Assembly (NCBI GenBank): GCA_001179505.1 | Contig: CDMY01000431.1 | Span: forward strand, 13,874 to 77,873 | Direction of reading: 5' to 3' | Length of the DNA: 64,000 nt | Source: Vitrella brassicaformis CCMP3155 | Lineage: Eukaryota > Protista > Chromerida | In this document: in pieces, positions 40,340 through 52,297 of the stretch | Layout: every line of letters begins with the position of its first letter | How positions within the stretch are numbered: the stretch's first letter is position 1 | Position numbers and translations under genes: made by a program | The notes under the pieces: model-generated | Seen by the model: the letters and a program-made list of their open reading frames with translations, nothing else | What the model was told of the DNA's origin: nothing | Database searches by the model: none

Positions 40340-41085
40340 ATATAAAATGTAGGCAGCAATTGAAGGCCTGCAGACAGACACACAGACAGACAGACAGACA
40401 GACAGGAAAGAAATCAGTCGGTCTGTTTGCACTCGCCCCACACGTTGGCGTTCGTCCACGAGGTAAGTATCCGTGTGGAGGGGGCCGCACGTGCTGGGGC
40501 GCCGTGCATGTCAGGTGGCGTCGCACCTTGAGCAGGTTTGCAGCGTCCATCGTGCCTTCTCTGGCGGCTCCTGCGCCCACGATTGTGTGAATCTCGTCGA
40601 TGAACATGACAATCATCCCTTCGGCCTCCTCCACCTCCTTCAGGACCGTCTCGAGCCTCTTCTCAAACTCTCCTCGGAGCTCGGCACCTGATCGATGCGG
40701 TGCGATGCGATGCCTCCAATGAATGGCGGCAATGAATGGATGGATGGCGATGTGAGCGGCTGGCTGGCTGGACGGCTGACCTTCAATCATGGCGCCCATG
40801 TCGAGAGCTACAAGTCTCCTGTTCTTCAGGGAGTCTGGCACGTCACCCGACACAAAGTCGCCTCGGAACTCGGGCGAGGGGACGCACGGGCTCTCCTCCG
40901 GGCGGGACGAAAGGGGGGAAGCGGACACCGACGACGCCGGGAGGATGGGGCTGGAAGGCGAGGCTGAATGTCCTCATCATCCTCGTGTGAGTGCCGGCGA
41001 GCGGGGAGGTCACTCGCGCGGCGCCAGTGGATCGACACACACGATCGGCGTTTGGCCTCCTTCTCGAGCCTGCATCCACACAATT
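40340..41085 (-). repeat. Partial third copy of the 41.4-43.2 kb repeat, interrupted by a ClpB fragment
   Basis: 40340-40503 resembles 41378-41430 plus 41833-41898 (middle deleted); 40877-41040 matches 41918-42105. Confidence 0.8.
40527..40860 (-). pseudogene. clpB: ClpB/Hsp101 NBD1 gene fragment (two exons, one intron)
   Basis: [23 protein letters not shown]|[54 protein letters not shown]; intron 40688-40780 is GT-AG, phase 1; no Walker A or other ClpB exons nearby. Confidence 0.88.
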
Positions 41086-41462
41086 AGGAAACGACAGGCA
41101 GTTTGACGCAGTACTTCTCCGTGCGTGTCTTGATTGAAGAAACGGTGCGCGCTGTAATCAAAGGGGCGCAGACAGACAATGCCGTGTGGATAATACATGT
41201 AAGAAGGTTGGCGGCTTTTACTGACTTGCGGGCCCTTGGCCCGTGGCGTTGGGCAGCAGGCGTTGACGAGGTTTCCGCCTCCTCCACCTGCTTACAATTT
41301 GACAACAACAAATTGAGCTCAATGCCTACCTGTCTGTGCGCCTCCGTGCACAAGAATCGAAAGAAGAGACTTCAGAATATAAAATGTAGACAACGATTTC
41401 CAGGCCCGACTGCCTGCAGACAGACAGGTATCTCAGTACATGTCTCTGTCCTCTTTTGAGAC

Positions 41463-43237
41463 ACAGACGACCGTCAGACGTCAACACACGCATTCCGGCG
41501 CTTGTTTTGTTTGCAAGCGCCTCCTTCTGTACTTGTCAAGTGCTGTTGGCGGCGGCAAGGGGCGTAGCTTGCTTATAGGCGGCGGCCCGAGAGCAGGCGG
41601 TGCAGGTGGCTGGACGAATGCGTGCTGTTCCTGCATTGAAAGAACAACAAAGGACCAATTGATTCATGATCTTTTCTTCATTTCCTTCCGCCCACCCGTC
41701 CGCGGAGATTCACGTAAGCGGGACCAGGCCCAGTCTGCAAGGGGAGGGGGGGAGGGGTGAAATGCATCTTCCATGCTCATCATAGATCAACAGGTCTTTC
41801 TCTCTGACCCCCGCAGATGGATATCCGTGCCTCGTTGGCGTTCGCCCACGAGGGGGAGGGGAGTTTGCGAGTGGCGGGGGCCGCACAGACTGGGGCGCCT
41901 GAGTGCCGTAGGGGGGGAGGGGACGCACGGGCTCTCCTCCGGGCGGGACGAAAGAGGGGAAGCCAACACGGACGACGCCGGGGGGTCGCACGGGTCCCTG
42001 AGGAGTGGGGTACGCGTGGAAGGCGGGGCTGAATGTCGTCATCATCCTCGTGTGAGTGCCGGCAAGCGGGGAGGTCACTCGCGCGGCGCCAGTGGATCGA
42101 CACAAGCAAAATGCATTATGACCGAACACATGGCCAAATGCACACGTGTGTGAAGAGATCGATGAAAGCACTGTCGTTGAAACCGTTTTTCAGCGGTACG
42201 TTGACCGAATAACCAAGGCCAGGACCCTCACCAATGTCCTGACACGCACACACGAACACACACGCACTCGTTGACGTGTGTGTTCATTTCTCTGTTGTCT
42301 GCGTGTGTGACACACACATGCACCTGTTAGTGCAGAAGAAGGCTTTCGCGACCCCCATCGCCATGGTGTTTGTCAGCCAGTACGCAGTCGTTCAGGTGGC
42401 AAAATCCTGCATGCACACAAACAGAGGGCGAGACCACGCTGGTGGAATTGCTGGTGGCTCAGCCTGTCTGTCTGCGTACATACCAAACGGTCCGTCTTTC
42501 TCCCTGTGGAGCCCTCCCAGCTAAAGGCAATGCGGGCCTTCTTGTGATTGAGGATTCGGGCGCTGTCTGAATACACACACGTGTGTTCTGAGGTCGCCCC
42601 TGCGGTATCCTATGGACGCTTCTGTCATTCGCTCCTCTAGCTCTTTCCAATTGGCTCTTTCTCTTTGCCTACCTTTGCTGTTCAAGGATGGGCGGCAGGA
42701 GCCCCATTCCCAAGCCATTGGCTGCTGACGTCGACCTCATCAGAGGAAAGTCACCATGATCCATATCGTTCAAGGGGCGCCAAGAAGATCTAGATTAAAT
42801 CTCCAAAGTCTCGCACACTCTCTCTATGGGCTCTCGCTGGGAATAGGCCGTGCCGATGACTCGTAGGTCCTCAAACGTCCATGAGGATCGCTGTGGCATC
42901 TGATGCTGACGCAGGAGAGGGGCCACCAATGTGGGGAAAGCTGGGCAGAAAGACGTGCAGAAAGAACGCGGAGTGGGCAAACACACAACCAGAAGTAAGA
43001 TACGAGGGAGAAGTGAGAGAAACTATGAGAACGGAGAAGAACTGGCACGACCCGATTTTTAAATCCTCGCGAGACGGGAGACGGCCAAGATCGAATCTCG
43101 CCGCGAGATTCTCGCCGCAAGCTTGAAAGGTCTTTCCGGCTCTGATGCTTCCAGGGCAGTGGACATCTCTACTGTTCTGCCAGGTAGATAAAGCCACCCA
43201 GGAAGGCTGCCGTCATTGCGTGTGTCACCAACCAACG
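41463..43237 (-). repeat. Long inverted repeat, left copy (at least 1.7 kb), possibly a non-autonomous gene-capturing element
   Basis: Reverse complement of 62298-64000: 41463 pairs with 64000; homology ends at ...gtcaccaaccaacg (43237 / 62298). Confidence 0.92.
42146..42566 (-). pseudogene. Class I histone deacetylase (Rpd3/HDAC1-3 type) fragment, three exons
   Basis: Exon 42566-42484 (D)SARILNHKKARIAFSW plus frameshifted GGLH; exon 42406-42324 GFCHLNDCVLADKHHGDGVAKAFFCTNR; exon 42238-42146 DIGEGPGLGYSVNVPLKNGFNDSAFIDLFTH; GT-AG introns kept. Confidence 0.85.
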
Positions 43238-43289
43238 TATAGATCCCCTAGCTCGCACGGCAAGGGGATTCCGGTCAAAAGAAGCGAAG

Positions 43290-43937
43290 ATGGCCGATAT
43301 GTGGCCTCGCGAGAAGTACCTCATATGGTTTCGGTGGTCGGACTCCTCGCTGTCCACCAACTGTGTGCTGCGCGGCCTCAAGACGGTAGCTGACTTGAAG
43401 GGGGTGTTGGTGAAGGAACACGCGGTGAGGAGGGGGACAGGAGAGGCGCCCAACACCCAACGCGCACACCAACGTCTGTCTTCATGTCGTCATTTGTGCC
43501 TGCAGCATCTCTACAAGATCACGAGCGAGATCGTCTTGTTCGGCCGTGCCGGTGAGCCGTCCACCGATGCCGACGACCACAAGACTCTCGACGAGTTCTT
43601 CGGCGAGCTCGGCAGAACAGAAGAGCAGCCGATTGTCATGAGGAAGCCACCGACGGTGCCCAAACTCTCGACAAGTGACTGTCTGTGAGGCCGAGAGAGG
43701 GAGACAGAGGCAGGCCGGTGGCCGGTGTATGTCTCACTCGCTGTGTGTGTCGTCCACAGAGCTCCCCGTTACTCCTCCGGAAGTCACAGGTGAGGGAGTG
43801 AGGGAGTGAGGTGACGGTGCGTTGCTTTCTATCTGGCTTCTCATTCATATGCAGTCATTGGCACAGTCGAGGAGCAGTGGAAAAGGCGGCAGCAAGCGAA
43901 AGACCCGATACCTGCGGCATTCTTTGTTCAAGACTGA
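43290..43937 (+). CDS. Small multi-exon protein with a putative ubiquitin-like fold (3' exons uncertain)
   Basis: MADMWPREKYLIWFRW...LKTVADLKGVLVKEHA|HLYKITSEIVLFG...KTLDEFFGELGRTEEQPIVMRKP; the pattern resembles beta-grasp header domains (inference). Confidence 0.45.
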
Positions 43938-44519
43938 CAACTGGCTGCTCGTTACCCCGGCCGTGCGATCTGCCTGTGCTCGATGCGAACCGTTCCTGCG
44001 ATGTACATATTCATGATGTACACTAACACACCGACTTGCCTACGTGGTCGTCAAGGCGTGTATTGTTATGTGCCTGTCGCATGTCACACAGTCAATACTT
44101 CCTGTGTGAAGCGTGATTGGTCATGGATCATATTTCTGCCCTTCATTACCCGCCCACTGCGTGCACAGATGAGGGAGGCGATTGATTTTCTGCCTGGTCT
44201 CCCTCTGTCGTGGCTAACTGACTTAACATCGTCTGTTCAGTCCCCCGTTTGTCTCGCAATGCACCAATACAACCTACTAGACACACATTCGCACACACAG
44301 AAAGAGCAGAGCAGGGTGCTTGACCGCCCAGCTGCACAGCACAGCACAAGACGGCCAAATAAAGCACGTCAGTCAGTCATCAGTGACCTTCGCTCACCGC
44401 CTCAGCTCTCGCTTCCAAGGAAGTCATTCACTCACCTGGTGGCGTCACTCAGACTCTTGCCGCCTTGCAGACAGAGGCAGTGGCCCGCCAGGTGATGGTC
44501 AATGATGCCTCTGTCTGGA

Positions 44520-44602
44520 CGACATATGAACAGGTGAGACATATGAACAGGACGACATATGAACAGGTGAGACACACCTGTGAGACACACCTGTGAGACA
44601 CA
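44520..44602. repeat. Short compound tandem repeats (gacatatgaacagg x3; gagacacacctgt x2-3)
   Basis: Directly visible. Confidence 0.8.
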
Positions 44603-44716
44603 ATCCACACGGATGCGTCTCTCATGATTATGCTAGCTGTGTGTGATCTTTGGTGTGCGTGTGTGTGCAGTCATGTGAGGATGAGCGAGGAAATGGGGCG
44701 GCTGGTGTGATGATGA

Positions 44717-44824
44717 ATGGATGGAGCGACTCATGTACGTTTTCTGTGCGGCATGGATGGAGCGACTCATGTACGTTTTCTGTGCGGCATGGATGGATGG
44801 ACTTATGTACGTTTTGTGTGCGGC
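44717..44824. repeat. 36-bp minisatellite, two exact copies and one degenerate
   Basis: Unit atggatggagcgactcatgtacgttttctgtgcggc at 44717 and 44753; no spacers. Confidence 0.9.
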
Positions 44825-45006
44825 GAATGAACAAACACCGATCCATCGAGCCCATGCATGCATGCCTACTACCAAAACAATGCATCTACACAACGCTTCT
44901 CTCAGCTAGCTACAGCTCTTGTGCGTCAGCGACATGATAGTGAGCACACTGCTTCAGAAATGACCTGAGGGAGACACACATGAGGAGGGAAACCCATTTT
45001 CCCCAC

Positions 45007-46612
45007 CTATGTGTGGGTTGTCGTCGTGTGTCTCAGCCCATCGTACGTGATGGTATCTGTGAAGTGTCTGGTGGCCTCTGCCTCGTTCATGCTCATCTGC
45101 ACTGTCGTCGATATCTCATAACCCACATAGTCACCCTCGCCACCACCAGCCGCAGACGAGGAGAACGACTCCTTCCTGTCCCCCTCACCCCCCTCCCCCT
45201 CTGTCAGTGTCTCGTGCTGGCGATCCTCGGTGGGTGTGTGGCTGCTGCTGCTCTCACGCCTCCTTTCCTCCTCCTTGTGTTGCTGCGGGGGTCTTGGCAG
45301 GCCGCCATTTGCGAGCGGGATCTCGGTACATCGGACAGTGGGCAGTGAGCGGAATCGCTCCCACTCATTTGTCTTGAGGAACAAGCGACTCAGACGGACC
45401 TGCGAGAAAGCGACGGCAAAGAGAGGGTCCGTGTCTCGCTCTCTATGCTGAGTGTGGTCACCCGAATGTGAGGCGTGAATGCAGTTCCGACACTCTCGAG
45501 GAGGTTCGGCCCCATAAAGCCGACCGATGGGCCGTGCGCGAACACCTTAGAAGTCCACTGGCCATTTGTCCCACCATTGCCGTCTCCCTCCTCTCGCCGA
45601 GGGGAGGTGTTAGGCGCACTTCCCTTTTCTGTTGTGTCTTTGGTCCATACGAGGGACTCTGGCGAGAGGCACTCGCCCATTTGCGTCTGGACGTCCGCCA
45701 GGATGGCCGCCAGCTCGGCGAAGACCGCACGCACAGGGCGGCCAGCACTGCACGGATGCATGGAGGCAGAATTGATGCAGATGCCTGTCACTTTCTTCTC
45801 TGTACCCGATGACTTTGATGACGAGATGGTCAGAGAAGTTGATGAGTGCTGCGGCTGTGGGCGTGTCGCCGGCGGACACCAGCACAGACCGATGACGGGG
45901 CCACCAGCGAGGGAGCGACTCCTGCAAGCGAGCGACCCATCCATGCACAGCTGGGGAGGACAATGAGTGTGCGCCGCACCTGTCGCTGATTCTCAAAGAG
46001 ATTGATGCCAAATTGGCCGGTGAGGAGAGACTGGTCTTCGGCAGACAGCGACTGATCGACACACACGCACAGACTTCGCCAGACAGTGCCTGTCTCTCTG
46101 ACTCACGCACCTCCACGAGCAGGTGTCTGGCGTCTTTGAATGCCGCGCATTTCTTCATCGCCGGCACCAAAGCTTTCTCCACCTCCCGCAGAGAAAGCAC
46201 CCCACGATTGGTCGTCCCTGCATCCATCGGACAGACACACGATGGGTGGATGGACAGACGCCATGATGCACATGTCTCCCTGACCAGAGAAAGAGCTGGT
46301 GGTGCATGTGGAAGTGAGAAACGGCGTCCCTTGCAGATTCCGCCGCACCGCCAGCTGCCACTCCGACTTGCCCAACCCAGGCGGGCACACAATCGGGCTG
46401 TCCATCTGGTGGCTCACAGACGCGTCCACCAATGCCTTGCTGCCGCTCTCGATGGGCGTGAAGACGGAGAGCGGCGGGAAGGTGGCCGCCTGTGCCCATG
46501 GTGGGTGGAGAAATGTGAGGATGGCGTGGGTGAGCGGCTTGAAGAGGGTGAAGGATTCCTCGTCACCGGCAGATGCCCCGCCTGTCATGCGTCGTGCATC
46601 CCTGACCGTGCA

Positions 46613-46648
<36 letters not shown>

Positions 46649-49600
46649 TGTCATAACCTGGCAGCTGAAATATCTCTCCTGCGAGAGCGATCTCGTTCAG
46701 AGTGAAGCCGGAATCGGTCCTGCACAACACGCATCGACAGACAGTCAGTGAGACGCCAGCAATGTCGATCGAGGAGAGCGTCACAGACACACACACTCAC
46801 TGTTTGCCTCTGAGTTGTGCGGTGATCTCATTGATGTCGCCGCCCTTGATCGTGAAGTCAAATGAGGGCACTGGCAGCTGACAAGAGGGAGAGGGAGACA
46901 ATTTGTGAGTGGGTGTGTGAGCAGTAGAGACAAACAGGTGGACCATGGCATCAGCGTCTGCGCCAGGGATGTGTGTGTCCTCTGTGGCCAGCTCTTCTTC
47001 TCTCTCAATCAGCTCCGACACCCCTCTGTTGAACTGCTCGACCACCTGTGCCTCGCTCATGCCCAGACTGCTGACCGTACGCACCCACACCAAACCTGCA
47101 CACAAGTCAACACACAGACCGATGGATGCACGTCTCTGCATCTTCCCTCTCCATGCTGCATTCTTACCAGAGTTGCCCAACTGTTTCAGTGGTTTCTTGC
47201 TCTCAACAAAGCGGAAAGCCAGGCGGTGCTCTGCGCACATCTTGGCCAGCTCACTTGTGTCCCTCCCCACCATACTCCGCCGACTTCTCTGCGACCGCAC
47301 TTCGCCACCGCTCTCCTGCTGCTGAGGATGCTGTGCTTGTGTATTGTCCATCATGGCCGGGCGCAGGTGGTCTTCCATCAGTTTGGGGATGACCAGACGA
47401 GCCGAGAGCTCTAGTGCGGTGCCGAGGCCTTCTGGGAGGGCGGTGAGGTAGCCGAGGCGATTGGAGTAGGCAAAGGCCATGTCTGTGTCGCTTGACTGGA
47501 AGGCCCGCAACACGTGGAAGAGGCGCTCTACGCAGCGGAGAGCGTTTCCCTCCGCGTCGCAAGAGGCGATGTCGAGGTGGTTGCGGGCGTTCATCACGCC
47601 GCCCCACAGACAGCTGCCACTCAGAAACGCACTACGACCTGACACACACACATACACACAGACACACATACACACAGACACACACACAGAGTTCGTTGCT
47701 GTGTGAATGCATGCGTGTGTTGTGTACCGACCAATGGGCCACTTTTGCTTGAAGCCGGCACACGAGTGGAACTCAGTCAGATTGGGATAGAAGCCCAGAG
47801 GGAACATCAGGTCGCGACCGAGCTGCAATCAGTAAGACAGTCAATCAATCAACAAATCAGTCGATCAATCGGTCAAGAAACATGCCCTCGTGTTTGTGTC
47901 TCAGACTGACTGACTTTGTCTTGTGGCGAGTCAGAGAAGCCGAAGACGGCTGGCGGGCCGACATACTGCGCATCAGGCTCAATGGCCGTACTCAGTTCTG
48001 CCGACGACTCAACCGCATGGAAGGTGGCACGCAGCTGACGCAGACACACGCACACGAGTGATGCACATCGTCTCCTTCCACCCTTTCCGCATTCCTCGCT
48101 GACTTTTGTTTCGATGTGTGTGAGCTGCTGCGGCAGTGCGCCCGGCACAAAGGGCTCATTTGCCACATTCCGTTGCACCTGATGTACACACACTTACGCT
48201 ACGCTTCTTTCTCCCTGTCTCTGTTCTGTATGCTTCTCGGATTACCTTGGCAACGATGAGCGGTACGTATGTTTGGCTGAGCGTCTGGATGAATCTGTCC
48301 TTCAGGGGAGCAGTGGGAGCATCAGAAGGACAGGTGGGAGACGCCAACACGAGATCGTCGTGCTGCAACGAAAGAAGGCACACCACACAACAGTCCCTCT
48401 CTCTTTCTCCGATTCTTAGGATGCGCGTGTGTTCAGACCTAATCGACGCACTCACTTGGAGCTCTTGTGGTTCTACTTTGTGGTATGCGGCGATGAGGGG
48501 ATCGAACAGCTCCTGATAGACGTCGTACGCAGCGGCCTCGCCCACCGACACGCCGCAGCTCGTCACGCCGTCCCACGAACTGACATTGGTAAAGTGAGAG
48601 AGTATACAGACATCTTTCTGTTTGAGTGTATGTTACGTGTCTCCGCTGGGGCAGAGGCAGCATGTGAGGAGGGCATCCAAAATGGGCCACTTGAACTCAA
48701 GCCGAGGCGCACCCTCCTCGCCCTGTTGGTCATCCTCCTGCATGCATATACACAGGCACACAACATGCATGTCTCTATGCATGCGTCGCGGCTTACGGTA
48801 ATCATTTTGTGTTGCAGCATCCTGAATGTCTCCAGCTGTGATGGCGTGAGGAGAGTGCTGTTCTGCTGTGTGATGTGGCTTAGCTGCAGCCCCGCCGCCA
48901 TGGCAGCGTCCACGTCAAACAAACCGTCACGTGACGGCAGTGAGATGTCCGTCTCGCGCCGCTGGTGCCGGAACGTCTCAATAGCCGCCGTCTCCCCACC
49001 GCCCCTCTCTTCTTCGTGGTCGAGGGCCATCTGCAGCAGCGGGGAGAGGTCGGCCCTCCATGTCTGCGTCATGGTTCACACACACAGCAATGAACACACC
49101 AAGACAGAAGAAGAAAGAGGAGAAAGGGGCGTTCAGACAATCAGCTCATTTACAGCGGCGAAAGGGCTGAGTAGCTCGTCCATGAGTATCTGGTCCACCC
49201 GTACCACCCCCTGCGCAGCCTCCAGCAGCTTGGTCAACGTCTCAACCTCATCCGCACCGAAACGCGACCGCCACACCAGCTCCACCACACCCTGTAGGCA
49301 CACACAGATGGATGAGTGGATGGATGGATGGACACTCAAATGTGCATGTAAGTGGCCTTCTCTCTTTCTCTCTGCGTGTGTGTACTTGCCTCTTCCAGTC
49401 GTGTGTATTTGCCAATCTTGAGGCCCCGCCCATCAGCCTCTTCACGCAGCCGCTGGTGGCCCGCCAGACACAGCCCCGGCAGCCGCAGCCCGACAGAACA
49501 CCTGACGAGAAACAGAGGCCAACAAGATGAATTCAGGAGTGCGTCCATTTGTGTACCGTAGAGAGTGTCCTGCGTTGCCCGGGTCGTAAGAGAGGAAGCC

Positions 49601-51350
49601 AAATGTGGAGTGGTAGCTATATGCCTGGCTCGCCACCTCAGAGCCCAATGTGCGCTGCAGCCATTCACCGACAGACAGACAGATGGCAATATAAGCACGC
49701 AAAGACGGACGGAGAGAGCTTCATACCGCGATGAGCTCCAGGATCTCTGCCACTTTGAGCAGGCCCTTCTGGAAGGCACTTGATGTGGGCGAGGTGACCC
49801 GCTTGACCACCTTGACATGATCGGTGGTGTTGACCCATATGGCGGTCTCCATGTCGTCTCCCAGCCACATGAGACGGCCCGTCGGCCACTCACGATTCAG
49901 ATCGATGCAGTCCAACATCTCAACCTGCATTGAATTCAGCACGACAGTGGGCGTGGCTGTGTTGTGTGTGTGGTTGGTCATCTTGCCTTGTGTGGGAAGA
50001 GGCCCAGCCGAGAGAGCCGGTGCTTCAAGTGGGGCTGCCGCTCTTCCAATGCTCTCACTGGCACATAGTCACCCTGACACCGCACACACAGTTGCACACA
50101 GAATGCCATTTCTCGCGCTCTTGTGCATATGTGTGTGTGTGTCTATCACCTGTACGCCCAGTGTGGAGGGCATCTTTTGAAACGCCTCTTCGATCGTCTC
50201 GCTGAGCTTCGCGCGCTGGGCGGCGGTGATCTTGGGGGTGAAGGGGTAGCCTTTCACGTTCCTGAGTAATTGAGACACAGTGGGAAAAGACAGAGACATG
50301 GAGGGGGGTCGGTGTGTGTTTGTGCATACCTTGATGCTCGCATGCGGGCAAACACAAATCGTTTTGAGTCGAGTGTTGCCAGGGGAAGCCTTTCGAAGCT
50401 TTCTGAACGCGCAATGCTGTGCTGATATACACGTGTGCATGGACGAGTGGATCGATGTACGCGATGTCGATACACATATCTTATCTCTCCCTCTTTCTTA
50501 CCGCAGCAAGGTCCGTGTGCAGCTGCAGAGACCTGTGGACATGCTGCGATGCCATCAGCTCGGAGAATATATCACTGAAGACATCGTAGCACTCGGTGTC
50601 CCACGCAATCAAACCTAAGGAGGAGAAAGACAAAACAAAAAGCATTCACTCCGAATCTGTCCCGCGCTTTGTTGGTCCTGGTGTGTTGTCCACCGATGAG
50701 GGACTCAGGGTGCTCGATGCCCAGCCGCAGGCAATCCCGCAATGTCGTCCCGCCTGGCGTCTGCTGCACCGTCGTGTTATAAAGCTGACCAGACACACAT
50801 ACAGTCGCGATTTCTTGCCTCTCTCTGTGGAATTATCCATTCGTGTGTACGTCTCTGGTGAGAGTGCCTTTGATGGCGGCCTTCGACTCATCCGGCAAAG
50901 GCATATCCTCCATCTGCGGCGCGCTGGCGCCTTCCTTCTCCTCGTCCCTCTCGTCATCGCGCCGCTGCCGATCTTTGGCTGACAAGACCGACAGCCCGGC
51001 CGCCTTGAGCTCGGATGGCGTGCACCGCTCAGAGAGATACTGCAGCTGTCAGAGAGAGAGAGAGGTAGAGGGAGAGAGGGATGCTTATGTGTGTGCACGT
51101 GGGAGATGGCTGGAATCATCTAAGCTTACGATGAAGACTTTTGGGTTTGGTGATCTCCGCTGGACGACGTTGTTGAGGAGCTGTCCGAAGAGTCGCTCCA
51201 GGTTGTGCTGCTCAATGTACTTTTTGGCCTCCAGCTGGGCACGTGTCACCCTGACACAACCCAGACAACAAGACAGCAGCGGGACACTCGTCGCATAACA
51301 TGTCACGGATGAAACATGCAGTGACATTGCTCTGACCTTCTGGACGACAT
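45007..51350 (-). CDS. Three-domain ATP:guanido phosphotransferase (arginine/creatine kinase-like) pseudoenzyme with N-terminal RIIa/Dpy-30-like domain
   Basis: ATG 51350 MSSR|RVTRAQLEAKKYIEQHNLERLFGQLLNNVVQRRSPNPKVFI. D1: TPGGTTLRDCLRLGIEHPES, RNVKGYPF, EWPTGR..WVNTTDH, FGFLSYDPGNAGHSL. D2: CGVSVGEAAAYDVYQELFDPLIAAYH, KWPIGR, VMNARNHL, LGYLTALPEGLGTAL, LGMSEAQVVEQFNRGVSELI. D3: GFTLNEI, FTLFKPL, VRRNLQGTPF, WWPRHR, INFSDHL, MSMNEAEA. 3' end approximate. Confidence 0.85.
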
Positions 51351-51630
51351 TTTGCCTCTGTATGCGTCAACGATGGTCGCAAAACACTAGAAAGAAATCC
51401 CCGGAAACTGGGGGGCTCTGGGGGCCAAAACAGTGGTGTTCCTTCGTTGAGCTCCCGAGCAAGGAGGGCGACGTGTTGTGCAATCATCATGCCTGGCAGC
51501 AAAGGAGGCTCGAAAGCGTAAGCACAAAAGGCGCCTTGTCCGTCACTTCCTTTCAACTGCTTCCTGTCGTCGGTCTGCAGTGACAGAGGAGGGTTTTTCG
51601 ATGTCAAGAGCTCTGAAACGTCGGCGGCCT

Positions 51631-51679
<49 letters not shown>

Positions 51680-51699
51680 TACACATGTGCGTGTGTGCG

Positions 51700-52133
51700 T
51701 TCAGGTGGCGCCAGACTCTCAAGAAGGAACACAGGTGAGCTTACCAGGACGCATTGACGGATCCATGGGTGTCGGTGATCTCTTTCTCTTCCGCTGGCTC
51801 ATCAACGCAGGATAGTGGCCAAGAGGATCCACGAGGAGATCCAGACAGCCGAGAAGGACGGAGAGGACCTCTACGACAAACACAACGGCTTCTTCATGCG
51901 CTACAGACCCGTATGTACGCCACAAGAATGTGTACACACCCGCATCTCTCTCCCCTCTCGTCTTCCTCCAGGACGGATGGCAGCCACCCCAGGAGCTGCT
52001 GTTCACCATCGACAAGCTTCGAGACACGACTGAGGAGGACCTCAAGACAAAGAAATTCACCGCCCATCCGCCCTACAAGCGTCACCAAGAGGGCCTGAAG
52101 ACTCGCTTTACCGTGCTGTCGAGCCAGCAGGTC
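51700..52133 (+). CDS. Partial multi-exon gene of unknown function, divergent from the kinase-like gene and running into the gap
   Basis: Exons IVAKRIHEEIQTAEKDGEDLYDKHNGFFMRYRP and DGWQPPQELLFTIDKLRDTTEEDLKTKKF...SSQQ bounded by AG/GT. Confidence 0.5.
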
Positions 52134-52297
52134 AGGAGAGCCGTCAGACATCACCACACCAGGCATGCAGCGCATCAGTTCAGACCTTACACCTGGGTAC
52201 ATGTGTGTCAGATCGGCTGGCGGCCGCCATTGGACAGGCCTGACTTGGGGTTTGGGAGAAAGGGACTCACTTTCTGCTGATCAATGGGGGCGGGAGG

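Noticed and set aside
40284-40928. Functional ClpB gene
   Set aside because: Only ~80 aa of NBD1 are present, both ends are fused to repeat sequence, and there is no Walker A, M-domain or NBD2.
44717-44824. 36-bp repeats that resemble a CRISPR repeat in length
   Set aside because: Units are head-to-tail with no spacers, no cas genes are present and the context is eukaryotic; it is a minisatellite.
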